From: Hydrolagus colliei
Lineage: Eukaryota
DNA length: 64,000 nucleotides
Direction: 5' to 3'
NCBI GenBank assembly: GCA_035084275.1
Contig: CM068746.1
Location: 41,602,001-41,666,000 of the forward strand
The notes below the pieces were generated by a model. That model made no database searches. It saw only the letters and a list, made by a program, of their open reading frames with translations, and was not told the DNA's origin. How positions within the stretch are numbered: the stretch's first letter is position 1; each line of letters opens with the position of its first letter. Made by a program: the position numbers and the translations under genes. Positions 23,401 to 35,400 of the stretch are shown here, piece by piece.

Positions 23401-26400
23401 TCACTGACTATACTCAAGCTGGTGCTACTCAATGGTGCAAAGAACCATTTGGGTGATAGTAGAGGCCAGTCTGTATCTGGGAGTTGTATCCCTGCTCCAG
23501 GCATACTCCTCAGACAAGGGGGAGGGAAAGGGAGAGAAGGATGTCATAATGTAATCTCAGTCTTGTTTACAATCATAGTGTAGGACCACATGCTCAAATC
23601 TCATCTTTCCAATGGCATGAACGGAACTTTTTCCCCACACAGGTGAATAAATGGAGATATTTACTGCTGAAGGTCTAGTTCCATTGCTCAATTACTTGAC
23701 ATTGGTTGGTGTCAAGGTTTCTCCCAACAAATACATGAATTAGGAATGAGGCATGAGGAAGCACTGTGTCATAAGGGGACAGAATAAATTGCACTCTGTA
23801 CCATTCATAGGTACTCGAGCATTGATATTTGATGCTTGTGTCTGTTTTGAGTTAAGATGAAGGTAAAGACTGTGAATGGACTGACTAAAAATTGTTGGTC
23901 TGAAGTCGGATGTGAAAATGCTGAATTAATTAAAGTATTAAACGTTATTTTTCAAACGTTCCAATGATTTTTTACAGGCAGATAATATGCTTAAATGGCA
24001 CACATGGATATTTCAGTTAATTCCTGGAAAGAACAATTTTGAAGAGGTACAGTCACTCTTGTGGGATGGATTTGGCCCAGCTTGGTTCCTGGAACCACTC
24101 ACTCCAAGGTCTCAATTCCCCAAGCCCTGGGAAACTTTCCACTATAGCAGATGCCATACTTGGGAACCTGTTTGTATTGGAACAGAGAGATCGGCAAATT
24201 GGCTTTCAGCCTATACCCCCGCTCTCTGGTATTCTATTTTAGAGTCCCACTGGCTGGGTTATTTGAGGTCCATCTTAAGACCTCTCTTTCCCTTCTTAAA
24301 CACAGTTCAGGTAAATTTGTGTTGTATCTGTGACTCTCGCACTTTTGTGGTGAAATAAAGTCTGACAGTGCCATGAGGACCCGGGGTTGAATCATACAAA
24401 TGAATAAATGTTACAACAAAGGAGGCTATAGGGCCTATTATGTCTCTGCATGCGGTGTTGTCTCCCGATAGGATCTGGCAACTGGAATCTTTATTCAACT
24501 ATTTGGGAGAGTTCGGAAGAATTGTTTCGCTTGAAGAGTTGTTGGGATGTGGAATGCCAGCCATGTTGTTGGGATGTAGAGTCCTGTAGCTCAGTGATTA
24601 GAGCACTTGCTTTGCGAGGTTATATGTTGGATTATATTCCCGGCAGAGCGAAATGTTGGGCATTGAGATGTCATTTCAAATCGACACGCCTCTGTTTACG
24701 CAGCAATCGGTAGGAATCCTTTGTGGGACACAGCTGTGCGCAACTGGCTGCCATGATTCACCCACAGATATATATTCAATTTACTTTACAGTGTATTCTG
24801 TGAAGTGCTTTGACATGTCTAGAAAATGTGAAAAGTGTTATATCAAATGCAAGGATCATTATTATTATTTCCCCATATCCTTTAGTATGCTAACTAAATC
24901 AGCATTGATTGAGATTGTTCTTCAGCAAGGTCTTGTTGAGGAGATAAGTCTCTTTACCATGTAATGTTGTTGTCGCTAATATGCAGAGTTCCTCATTTTC
25001 AGATGAAATGTCTCAGGAAGGAACCTCTGGCCACTTGGGTACTGGAATGAGAAAATAAATACATTTCTTCTCATGTAAATGTAGCTGGACGTCAAACCTG
25101 AGTGTGTTTAAGTGCTTTAAATTGCTGACTTGTGACGTCAATAAGTTAGAGTCATAATTAAAACTAACTGATGAGTAACTTCCTGCCCTTGGCTACGAGA
25201 ATAAAGTGGAACAAACTGGGAGGTAATTAGCATTGCTGGACTTTCTGTTTGTTCATTAAGTAGTTATTGTCTTCTGGATCTATAAACTGGAATGAGCTAG
25301 GAATTGGGATTACCGGCAGAGGGGTTCACAGTAGCAAGGCCTCCCAAACACTGGAGAATACTAGGCACAAATTGGCAATAGCAAAAGCTTGAGGACCCCA
25401 GAGTGTACGATGGAGTACTGCTGGAGTTTTATTGACAAAAGAAGCAATTTACATTGCAAGATGCTGCAAATAAATACAAAGTGAATGACCAATTTTGTTA
25501 GGGCATTTGTTGGCCAGGATCCCAGGAAAACCTGGTTCTCTTTTCAGGTAGTGCTATGGGATCTTTAATGTGCATCCAAACAAGCAGCGGTGACCTCAGT
25601 TTCATGTCTCACCTTAAGGACTGCAGCTCTGATGCCAGAGCTGTGCTGCCTTGTGATGGCTTGTGGTTTTTATGAAGTTCTATTTGATTTTTTTGGTCAG
25701 CCGGGTGTCTGTCACATGTTGAAACCCGACCGTACCTTGCTCCAGACCCAGCCGAAAAACTTATCCATATGTTTGTCACTTCATGAGTGGACTTTTCAAA
25801 TGTCTTCTTTACCGGTCTCCCTAGTTCCACTATCCACAAAATCCAGTTAATCCAAAACTCCGCCGCCCGCATACTAACCCACACTAAACTCCATACCCCC
25901 ATCACTCCAGTTCTCACCAGGCTCCATTGGGTCCCTATCTCCGAATTGTTCGATTTCAAAAGTCTCACACTCGTTTTCAAATCCCTTCATGCCCTGGCAT
26001 CTCCCTACCTCTCCAATATGCTTACAACCCCAATCCACTACATGCTGCCTCTGCTTGATTGTCACCGGCCTTCTGTCCATCTCTCTCTCTTCTACCATTG
26101 GTGGCTGTGCTTTCAGCCACTATGCTCCGAAACTCTAGAACACTCTTCCTCTAGGCCTTCTTCTTGCACCTTCCTTCCCCATGCATCATGGGGCCATTTC
26201 TGCCCTCATGTATGCAGAGATTCATAGATTCATAGAATTTTACGGCACAAAAGGCCATTCGGCCCATCTAGTCTGTGACGGCTCTTTGAAAAGAACGATT
26301 CAATCCCACTGCCCTGCCCGCTCCCCATAGCCTAATAGACCTGTTCTCCCTAAATAAAGATCTAATTCCCTTTTAAAAGTTGTTATCGAATCAGCCTTCA

Positions 26401-29400
26401 CCACCTTTTCAGGCAATGCATTCCAGATTCGAACAACTCGCTGAGTGAAAAAAATTCTCCTCAGCTCCCCTCTACTTCGCCTTGAAACTATTTTAAATCT
26501 GTGACCACGAGTCACAGATTCGCCCACGAGTGGAAATAGTTTTTCTCTATTTGCCCTGTCGAAACCCCTCATGATCTTATAAACCTCTATTAGGTCTCGC
26601 CTCAATCTTCTCTGCTCCAGAGAGAATAACCCTAGCTTATCTAGCCTCTCCTCATAGCTGAAGTCCCTCAATCCTGGCACCATCCGAGTAAATCTTCTTT
26701 GTACCCTTTCCAATGTCTTCACATCCTTTCTGTAGTGTGGTGACCAGAATTGAACACAGTATTCCAGCTGAGGCCTCACCAAAGTTTTATAGAGGTTAGT
26801 CAGCACTTCCTGACTTTTGTACTCTATACCCCTATTTATAAAGCCTAGTATCCCATATGCCTTCTTAACAGCCTTGTCTACCTGTCCTGCCACCTTCAAC
26901 GAGTCACTAACACAAATCCCCAGGTCTCTCTGTTCCTTCACACCATTTAAAATTGTACTATCTAGCCTATATTGCCTCCCTTCATTTCTTCTCCCAAAAT
27001 GCATCACCTCACACTTCTCTGCATTAAACTTCATCTGCCATGTGTCTGCCCACTTTACCAATTTGTCTATATCCTCTTGCAGATGGCTACTATCCTCCTC
27101 ACTATTTACTATTCTCCCTAACTTAGTGTCATCTGCAAACTTGGAAACTGTACTCCCTACACCCAAGTCCAGATCATTGATGTAGATTACAAAGAGCAAT
27201 GGTCCCAAAACCGATCCCTGTGGCACACCACTGCTCACTTCCCTCGTTCAACATTATCACGTTTAAGATAGATTATGCCAACTGAACCCTTGCTGGACCA
27301 CAGCATCTTCCCTTCACAAGTTGCAGACGATCCAGAACATTGTGGCTCCTGCCCTTTTCCAGTCCAAGCCTGTCAGCTGCGTCCTTCCCTGACTTCACTG
27401 GTTCCCATCTGTCCATGGTTCCTATCCCTACCTCTTGCAACCTCTTAAAAATTCTAACAAACCCAGTTGCTACCTATGCTCAGCAAGCATCGGCGTGCTT
27501 CATGTTTCCCACTCCACCATCAGTGGTCGGGCTTTCAATATATCTGCACCCACTCTCTGGAACTCCATCCTGAAATCCCTTTGCCTTACCTATTCCATTG
27601 CCTCCTTCAAAGTCTGCCTCAAGACCTTCCTCTTAGACTGCATTTTCGGCCAATTTTTCCCCCCCACACGCCCTGACCAACCCCAGCTCAAGTGGAAATC
27701 TTACATTGCAGAGTGCCTTGTGACGTCCTCCCATGTGAAGGGAGCTATTTCAATGTAAATTCATATTGCATTGTTTGTGTATGTGTTGGGTGGAGGCTGG
27801 GACATCGGAGTGGAAAGTGATGATAGATGAAAGGAGGAGGATCTCAGGCAAGCAGTTTGCTGGAGAGGGTGGATGGTGAAAGGTGAGAAAAATGCTTTGT
27901 TTGATCTCAACAGCATTTTCAAAATTCCTTCCAGGGTTTTAATTTTTCACACTTTCGCTCAGTGAAACCTGAGCCCAGGAAGGTGAATGCAAAACGACCG
28001 AGGTCATTAATCTACAATTTTATGTTGCACTCTGTGTGTCTGTGTGAGTATGACAGAAACAGGGGACAAAGATGTGAAGGAAGTTTTGCAATCCAGACGA
28101 GTGAAGATCAGCTGTTCATTTCTCGTCAACTTTAACCTTTCTAAATGTTGTGTTAAATTTTTGTCATGCCGAAAGTCACGCATCACTGCAAAAAGCAGAT
28201 TTAAAAATAGTGCCCATGCACCAAAATACAACAGCATTATTGTATTCGGTAATCTGATTGTGCAAACATAATTCTGTGAAGTTATGAAAATCTGACCAGT
28301 TTTTAAATGTTTGGTTTAAGTTGACTGTTTAAATTTGATTGCATCTCTCATGCTTCTTATTTGACTAATTTCCATGACTCTGTCTGTAAGTTTCTTCAGG
28401 GTACAGACAGTAGTTTTGGTCAGTGTTGCCCTGATTTCAAGATCTATATCTGTTAGCAGTTTAGAATGAGCTCTTATGAATCTTCAACAACAAAATAACA
28501 ACAAAATTACATTTGTATAGTGCCTATCATGTTGGGAGGGCATCCCAAGGTGCTTCACTTAGTCTTACCAATGCCTGTTATCATGGATACAGTCCTCCAA
28601 TTTAACATGTGTTTGATGAGTCTGGACTCAGTTCTGTGAAGATGGATGCGATACTGGTGAAAAAACAGATATTTTGGTTTGACAAGCAGGTTGTTTTTGT
28701 GAATTAATTCCGTTTGTGCCTGTCTTTTGGTGCGAGGATCTTGGAGATGAGGAGGTCTTTCAGAGCTGTGCTAAGATCTACAGTTTTTCTACATGATTAC
28801 TCTGAATGGAGAACATACAATGGTGAGGCGCCCTACAATTCACAGGATCACAAGATCAGTTTGGATAAAGAAGTCCATTCGGCCCACTTGAATGGACCGA
28901 ATTTGTAGAATGCTCTCCCAATCAACTTCCTTTCACAGCATCAAAGCTTTTTTAAAAATTAATCCAGCGCGTTTCCCTTAACCCTTCCTGGCAAACTGTT
29001 CCTGTCATTAGTGACGCTCTAGGTCATGACACATATGTGACCTGAATGGGTGTCTCCAAATATGATAGCATTGCTCAGGAAGAGGAAGAGGACAGGTCTG
29101 GTCCACTGAATTTTTTTTGCTATCACTTTCTTAGAAGCCTTACCCAAACTTATCTGTCTCTAAACTAAGAAATGGGCTTACTTTAGTTGGATTTAAAGCA
29201 GAATGGGGGAAACCTTTGTCCATTGTTAGTAATTTTACTTTCTTAAGTTATTTTTATAATAAGCTTGTTGTAAGGAGCTGGGATGTGGAAAAATATCATG
29301 AAGTGATTTTATTGGGTAAAAAAATAAACTTACATTCATCTCCGTTTGCCAAAATGTCAAGATTTTGTAGATATTACGTGGAAATCCTCCTGATTTGGAT

Positions 29401-32400
29401 ATTAAGTATGGTGATGATATGCCAGATACCTGGCTGACCAACAAAACAGTTTATCCATTGAGTTACAATTACCACTTGTGCCAATACATTCCAATAGCTT
29501 TCTGTGTGAGAAACGTTTCCTCCTCCCCTCCCCAGCTACCATGGAATGGCTATTGAGATTCAGTTATTGATGTGGCAAATGTTTAAAATTTGACTTGTGA
29601 CCGAGAACATTTGTCTGAGGCGTGAGGTGAAGGAGGAGATTGGATGATCAGTGCTTCTCTACATTTGCAATGAATTGTGGTCAGTGAGTTGAACTGTGCC
29701 AGTGCTGAGTGAAGTCATTGCCCAGTGTCAACATCAAGCTTTTGTTGGACAGCTGTGGAAAGCGATGTTGTGGATATTTAATCTTCTCTATAATTCCCTG
29801 TAATTATAGTATTTCTTCACCTCAACCTCGGTTAGCACCATCTGGTAAGGTCTTTGAGACGTCCTTATGTGAACGTGCAGTATCAAATGCGAGGATTATC
29901 ATTACTATTGCATTTTGTTATGTTGAGAAGGCTGAGGACTTCACAGTAACATTGGGTGCTGGTTTATAATAATAATAATAATGCTCAAATCGCCTTATCA
30001 CATAATCGAGACATTTCAAAGCTCGCAGAATATATTATAAAGTAGATTGACTGAGCGAAATGCAGCAGCAAGGTGCGCACAGCAGTGCCCCACAAACAGT
30101 TTGGACCTTTACTCTTGATTGAGGAAAGGAATGATAATAATAATAATCCTTGCATTTGATATAGCGGCTTTTCATATCTTATTGACGTCCCAAAGCGTTT
30201 CACAGAATATACTGTAAAGTGAATTGACTGTACATTTCTGGCCGAATCGCGGCAGCCAATTGTGCACAGCAGCGTCCCACCCACAGTCATGGATTGAAAT
30301 GACCAATTTTATTATTGTGGTTTTTTTGGAGGGATTATTATTAGGTGTGTGGAGTAAGGAAACTTGCCCAAGGTTTCGCCCTGACCTGCCTGGATTCGAA
30401 CACAGGTCTCCCCAGCTTGCAAGACAAATGCTCTAACCACTGAGCCCAGGAGCTCCACAGGAAGTGAAGCCTGAAGATTTATATTATACACCAATGTGTT
30501 CAACAGAGCCAAGGATGTAGAAAGAAACCTGAGAGCATTGTTTCAATCTTCTTACTTTGATTAAGGATGACACTTAATCCTGGAATCCTTACAATGGTAG
30601 CAGTTCCAACTTGAATTTCCTCCTGTGAATTCTTGCTGTTTATTTGGAGGTTGGTGTGACCTGCAAGACAATCTAAAATAATAATCTTTGCATTTGGCCT
30701 AGCACCTTTCACGTGGGCAGGATGTCTCAAAGCGCTACACAGGATCTCATGTGAATTGTTGGTGGACATTTTGTAAGCAAATATGGCAGCTAATTTCTAC
30801 ATAATAACATTGCACGAACAGCAATTAAATGAATGTCCAATATTCAAGGTTATTGTTGACTTAGACACCAGAGGAATTATGTCTAACCTGGACAGGCTGG
30901 GGGGAACAGGATGGGATCTTGCTTTTTGATGACAGAGTGGGTTTTTTGTTTGTATATTTTTGTCTTTTTTTAAAACAATTTTTCTCAGTGATGGTGGTTG
31001 GGGGGGCGGGGTCCGATGCAGTTCTACAGGTGTCCAGTTCTTCAAATGTCTTCACCTAACACGGTCGCACACGCACATCTCCCAACGTGTTTGAACAGGG
31101 TTAGGATATACATCCTCATTGTGTAACACTTTACCTTGAGCTTTGCTGTCCCTATAATGGATGTCTTGGAACGGAATTGCATGGGATGCCACAATCATCT
31201 TGCCCTGCCCACACCACAGGGTGTCTGCTGAGATGCCTTTCATGCTCCACTTGTTGGAACATCCATCTGCTTTTACTTGTAGTTTTTTGCTTCGTACGGG
31301 CCCGTGGGATTTCATAGCATGTGGGGCTTAATGTGTGGAGGATGTGGTATCTGTCTGTCAGTCAGTGAAATATGTCTGTGGCGTCTTCCCTCAGCAGCTT
31401 TCCTTTGCCTGCGTCCTGTGTGGTCTGCCTTCAGATCAGTAAATCGAGTCCGCTTTAGTCGAGGCGAACCCACAACCTTCCCAGCTGCCTGTGATGTGCG
31501 TGTATTTGCACGAGAAGGAGCCTTTGAAATGGGAATGCTGGCTGGGACAACAACCATGCAATAATTTCAACTGGGGGCAATTCCGTTCGCTTTGAATTAC
31601 ATTGCTTCAATCTGATTAATAAGTGTAACGGATCAAGAGACTCAATATACCGGTGCAAATATTTTCTTAGCAGTCAATTTCCAGTTATTTTATGCCCTTT
31701 TTTGAAAAAAAGGTTTTTAATATCAAAATAAATGGAAGAAATAAATGCAGCCATGCTTGATTTCTGTTTGACTTGGCGTGTTTTCTTTGTTTCAAGGCAT
31801 TAATGAAGGCCACTGTGCTGGAGCAACAAGAGACCAGTGGTAAACACCTAAAATCAGCCATAGAGAAGCAAGCCCGGGAGTGTGAAGTGCTGCTGAATGG
31901 CCAGGTACACCAACTTGTAGTTTTGCCGTGGTGATTCTTGTTCAAGCGTCAACCCGTCTCACCTCAAACAGAAAGTTGTGAGTTCAAGCCCCACGTCAGG
32001 ACCTTGAACTGACCTTGTCTCGGCTGACACTCTAGCAAACGGTGCTAGAGTTTGTCAGACGTGATTCATCCTTCAGATGAGATGTAAAATCGAGATCCCG
32101 TCTGCGTTTTCAGAAAGACATTATAAATTTATTGTCGCTTTTCAAAAGTGCCAATGTCCTTCCGTCAATCACCCGGATAAAACTAGGAATTCCTTCATGG
32201 CTGTTTGTGGGACATTGCTGGTGCAAATTGGCTGCTGCATTTCCCTAAATTATGCTTTACAGTAAATCCCGTGAAGCGCTTTGCGACGTTTTGAGGAAGT
32301 GATAACTTTGGAGTATTGTTCCATTCTGCTATTGTGGAAGAGATCTTCAGATATAGGTGACAAGGAGGTACCTGTTTTGCAGAAAAGCTTCAGCGCTTTC

Positions 32401-35400
32401 TGGGGTTCAATATTTGACTGATATATCTGACCAGTTGCCTCACATTTTCTTAGCAGAAAATTGTGGTTGATAGTTAAAGGATGATGACAAAGATCATCGT
32501 AGAATTATACAATTATACAGCACAGAAGGAGGCCATTCGGCCCATCGTGCCTGTGCCAGCTCTTTGAAAAGAGATATCCATATCTATCCTATTCCACTCC
32601 ACTGCCCCATAGCCCTACAAACTTGTCCTCCCCAAATAATTAGCTAGTTATCTTTCCCTTTTAAAAATCTTTGTTCCTTTCTGTGCAAATGCCTCAGTGA
32701 TAAAATTTACTGCCTGGACTTGGAAGTGCAATTCTCAAATTAGGTGGCTCAGTTCACAAGATCACAAGAGAGGTTCGAGTGAAGAAGGCCCTTAGGCCCA
32801 TTTGATCTCATCATTCCAGAATACCATTGACATTTCCGACTTGTGCATCGCGGACATGGTGAGCACTTACTCATCTCCTTCTCCTCTTGCTTCTCTCTCT
32901 CTTCCATCAAGCCTTCAACCATGGCAGTTTTGTCTCCCCCCTCCCCCCCCACTCCCCCCCCCCGAGACCCTTACAAAGACCCTCTCATCTTCAGACCTCC
33001 TATCCCGCTGGCCTTCCAAGCACGGCGACCCTAAAGTTGCCGTCATTCTGATCCATGATCGCCTCTCCTCTACCTTCAACTCCCTCGTCCCCTGAAATCT
33101 AGGACCGTCTCCAAACCCACCCACTCCCGCCTGGTACAGCAGCCATCTTCGCTCCCTAAAATCCCAAACCCGGCTGCTCGAGCGGAGGTGGCAGAAAACC
33201 AGGCTCACGGTTCCCCACCAGCTGGGGGTCGAGCATCTTCACACCTACTGCTGTTCCCCGTCGCAAGCAAAAACTGCGCACTACTCAAGTATCATTCTAG
33301 AGGCCAAAAATAACTCCAAAATACTATTCTCCACCGCCCACCACCGTGCGCCCCCTCAAGCACGCTCAATCATCACATCTAACACCAAGTGCCAAGATGT
33401 CAGTGCCTTCCTTCTGCTTGGCAGCCTCAACCTTCTGCCCCGTGTTGCCTTCCACCACTTGATTTTGTCTCCCTCACCCACCCCACCCTCAGCTTCTACC
33501 TCCTCTTCCCATTGCTGGCAGACACTATTACAACAACAACAAAAACAAAATTACATTTATAGAGCGCTTTTCGTGTCGGGAGACATGAAATTAATCAGTC
33601 CCTAACCTCTGGATCAGTCCCCCTCAAAACCGTGGTCATCACCCACTCCTTAACAAACCTACCCTCGATCCCACCCACCTCCTTCCCCATCTTCACGTTG
33701 CTCCTGAAAACCTTTTTCTTCGACCGCGCTTATTGTCACCTTCCCCCTCTACCTGGCTCGGCCTCGGGCTCCACCATTGATAAGTGCTCTGAGATGCCGC
33801 CTGGCATGGAGGATGCAAGTTGTTGTTGCAGACCTCCCAATCCTACCTTCGAGCAGCCTTTTAAGTGATTCTAATGTTCTAACATTAACCACCCTTCGTG
33901 TTAACTTGTTCCAATTGTTAGAAATTATTTCCTGCAACTGCTGTTTGCAACCTCAAACAGCATCAACACAACCACCAATAAATTCTGCTCATAAAGCACA
34001 TATGTTCCCTTGTTCTATTTTGGTGCATCCAAAAGTTTTGTTCTACGTTTACTTTCTCACAGCCATGTAAATTTTATACACCTCTAAAATATTTATCTAT
34101 CCTCTCTGAGATGTCTGTTTTCGAGACTGAGCTTCAGATTGTCCATTCAAGGTTCAAGATTGAGAGTTTATAGTCCAGAACAACTATAGAGAATTGGAAT
34201 TTTGGAGGTGTGAGGTTAAACTGAGGCCCTGTCTTCCTGTTAAGATGGATGTTAAAGATCTAGTGACTCTATTTAAAAATAATTTCTCTTGGTGTTCTGG
34301 CCGACGTTTCTCTAGTTAATTAGTCGTTTCCCTCAAGACTGTATACAAGACTTATAATAATCCATGCATTAGATATAACGCTTTTCATGTCTTCTAGACG
34401 TCTCAAAGCGCTTTGCAGAACATATCGTAAAGTGAATTGACTACATTTGTGGGTGAAACATGGCAGTCAATTGCGCACACAAACAGTCGTAGATTGAAAT
34501 GACCAATTTTATTATTGTGTTTTTTTTTGACGGATTATTAGGCGTGTGAAGTAAGGAAACTTGCCCAAGGTTTTGTCCTAAACTGCTTGGATTCAAACAC
34601 AGGTCTCACGGTTGTAAGGCAAGTGCTCTAACCACTGAGCTGTAGGACTCCACTTTACTGTATGCAAAATGGTTGATGCTTTTGCCAACAGAAAACAATA
34701 ATATCAAAAATAACATAGAATGGGATAATGCTAAAACCAGCCATTTTCCACAACTACCACAACAAAATTACATTTATAGAGTCTGTGTTGTGTTATTAAT
34801 CCATGTAATCTTCCACCCTTTCTAATCACACTTTCCCATATTCAGACATATTGTTTTCTCTTAAATACATTGATACTTTCAGCTTCAACTGCAAACTTCT
34901 GGGAGGTGTTCAACATTCTCGCCAATGTCTGCATAAAGAAGTTCCTTGAAAACTTGCTTTGAGATCTCCATCTATTTAGATCTCTATTTATGCATTTGGC
35001 TTTGGACTCAACAACAAATGGAAACAGCTTCAATACAATCTACATCATATACGTATCCGGAATCTATTTATCTAGGAGCATAAAAACAGGAGGAAGTTAT
35101 TTGGTCCATTGAGTCTGTTCCTCTTTTTTTAATTATTTCATGGCAATTTGCCATCATTTTAATCCAATTTCCCTTTTTTGCCGTATCCCATGAAATAATC
35201 TACAGTACTAAGAATCTGCCTTTAAAGCTTTAAATTATCTGCCACGTGTTGTTTCCGCATTACATGCAGGAATGCTCTTTTTTGAGACCATGGTGTGAAC
35301 TGATGTGCCTGAGAGCTGTAATCATCCCCTAATTGTACCACCACCTTCTGGCATGTGGCGTAAATAGCTCATTGCTGCCATATATCAAATGGATACCTCA

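Noticed and set aside
26300-27238. Host or domesticated reverse transcriptase gene
   Set aside because: It is a 5'-truncated CR1 with no real start codon, has the CR1 tail, and has a near-identical sister copy.
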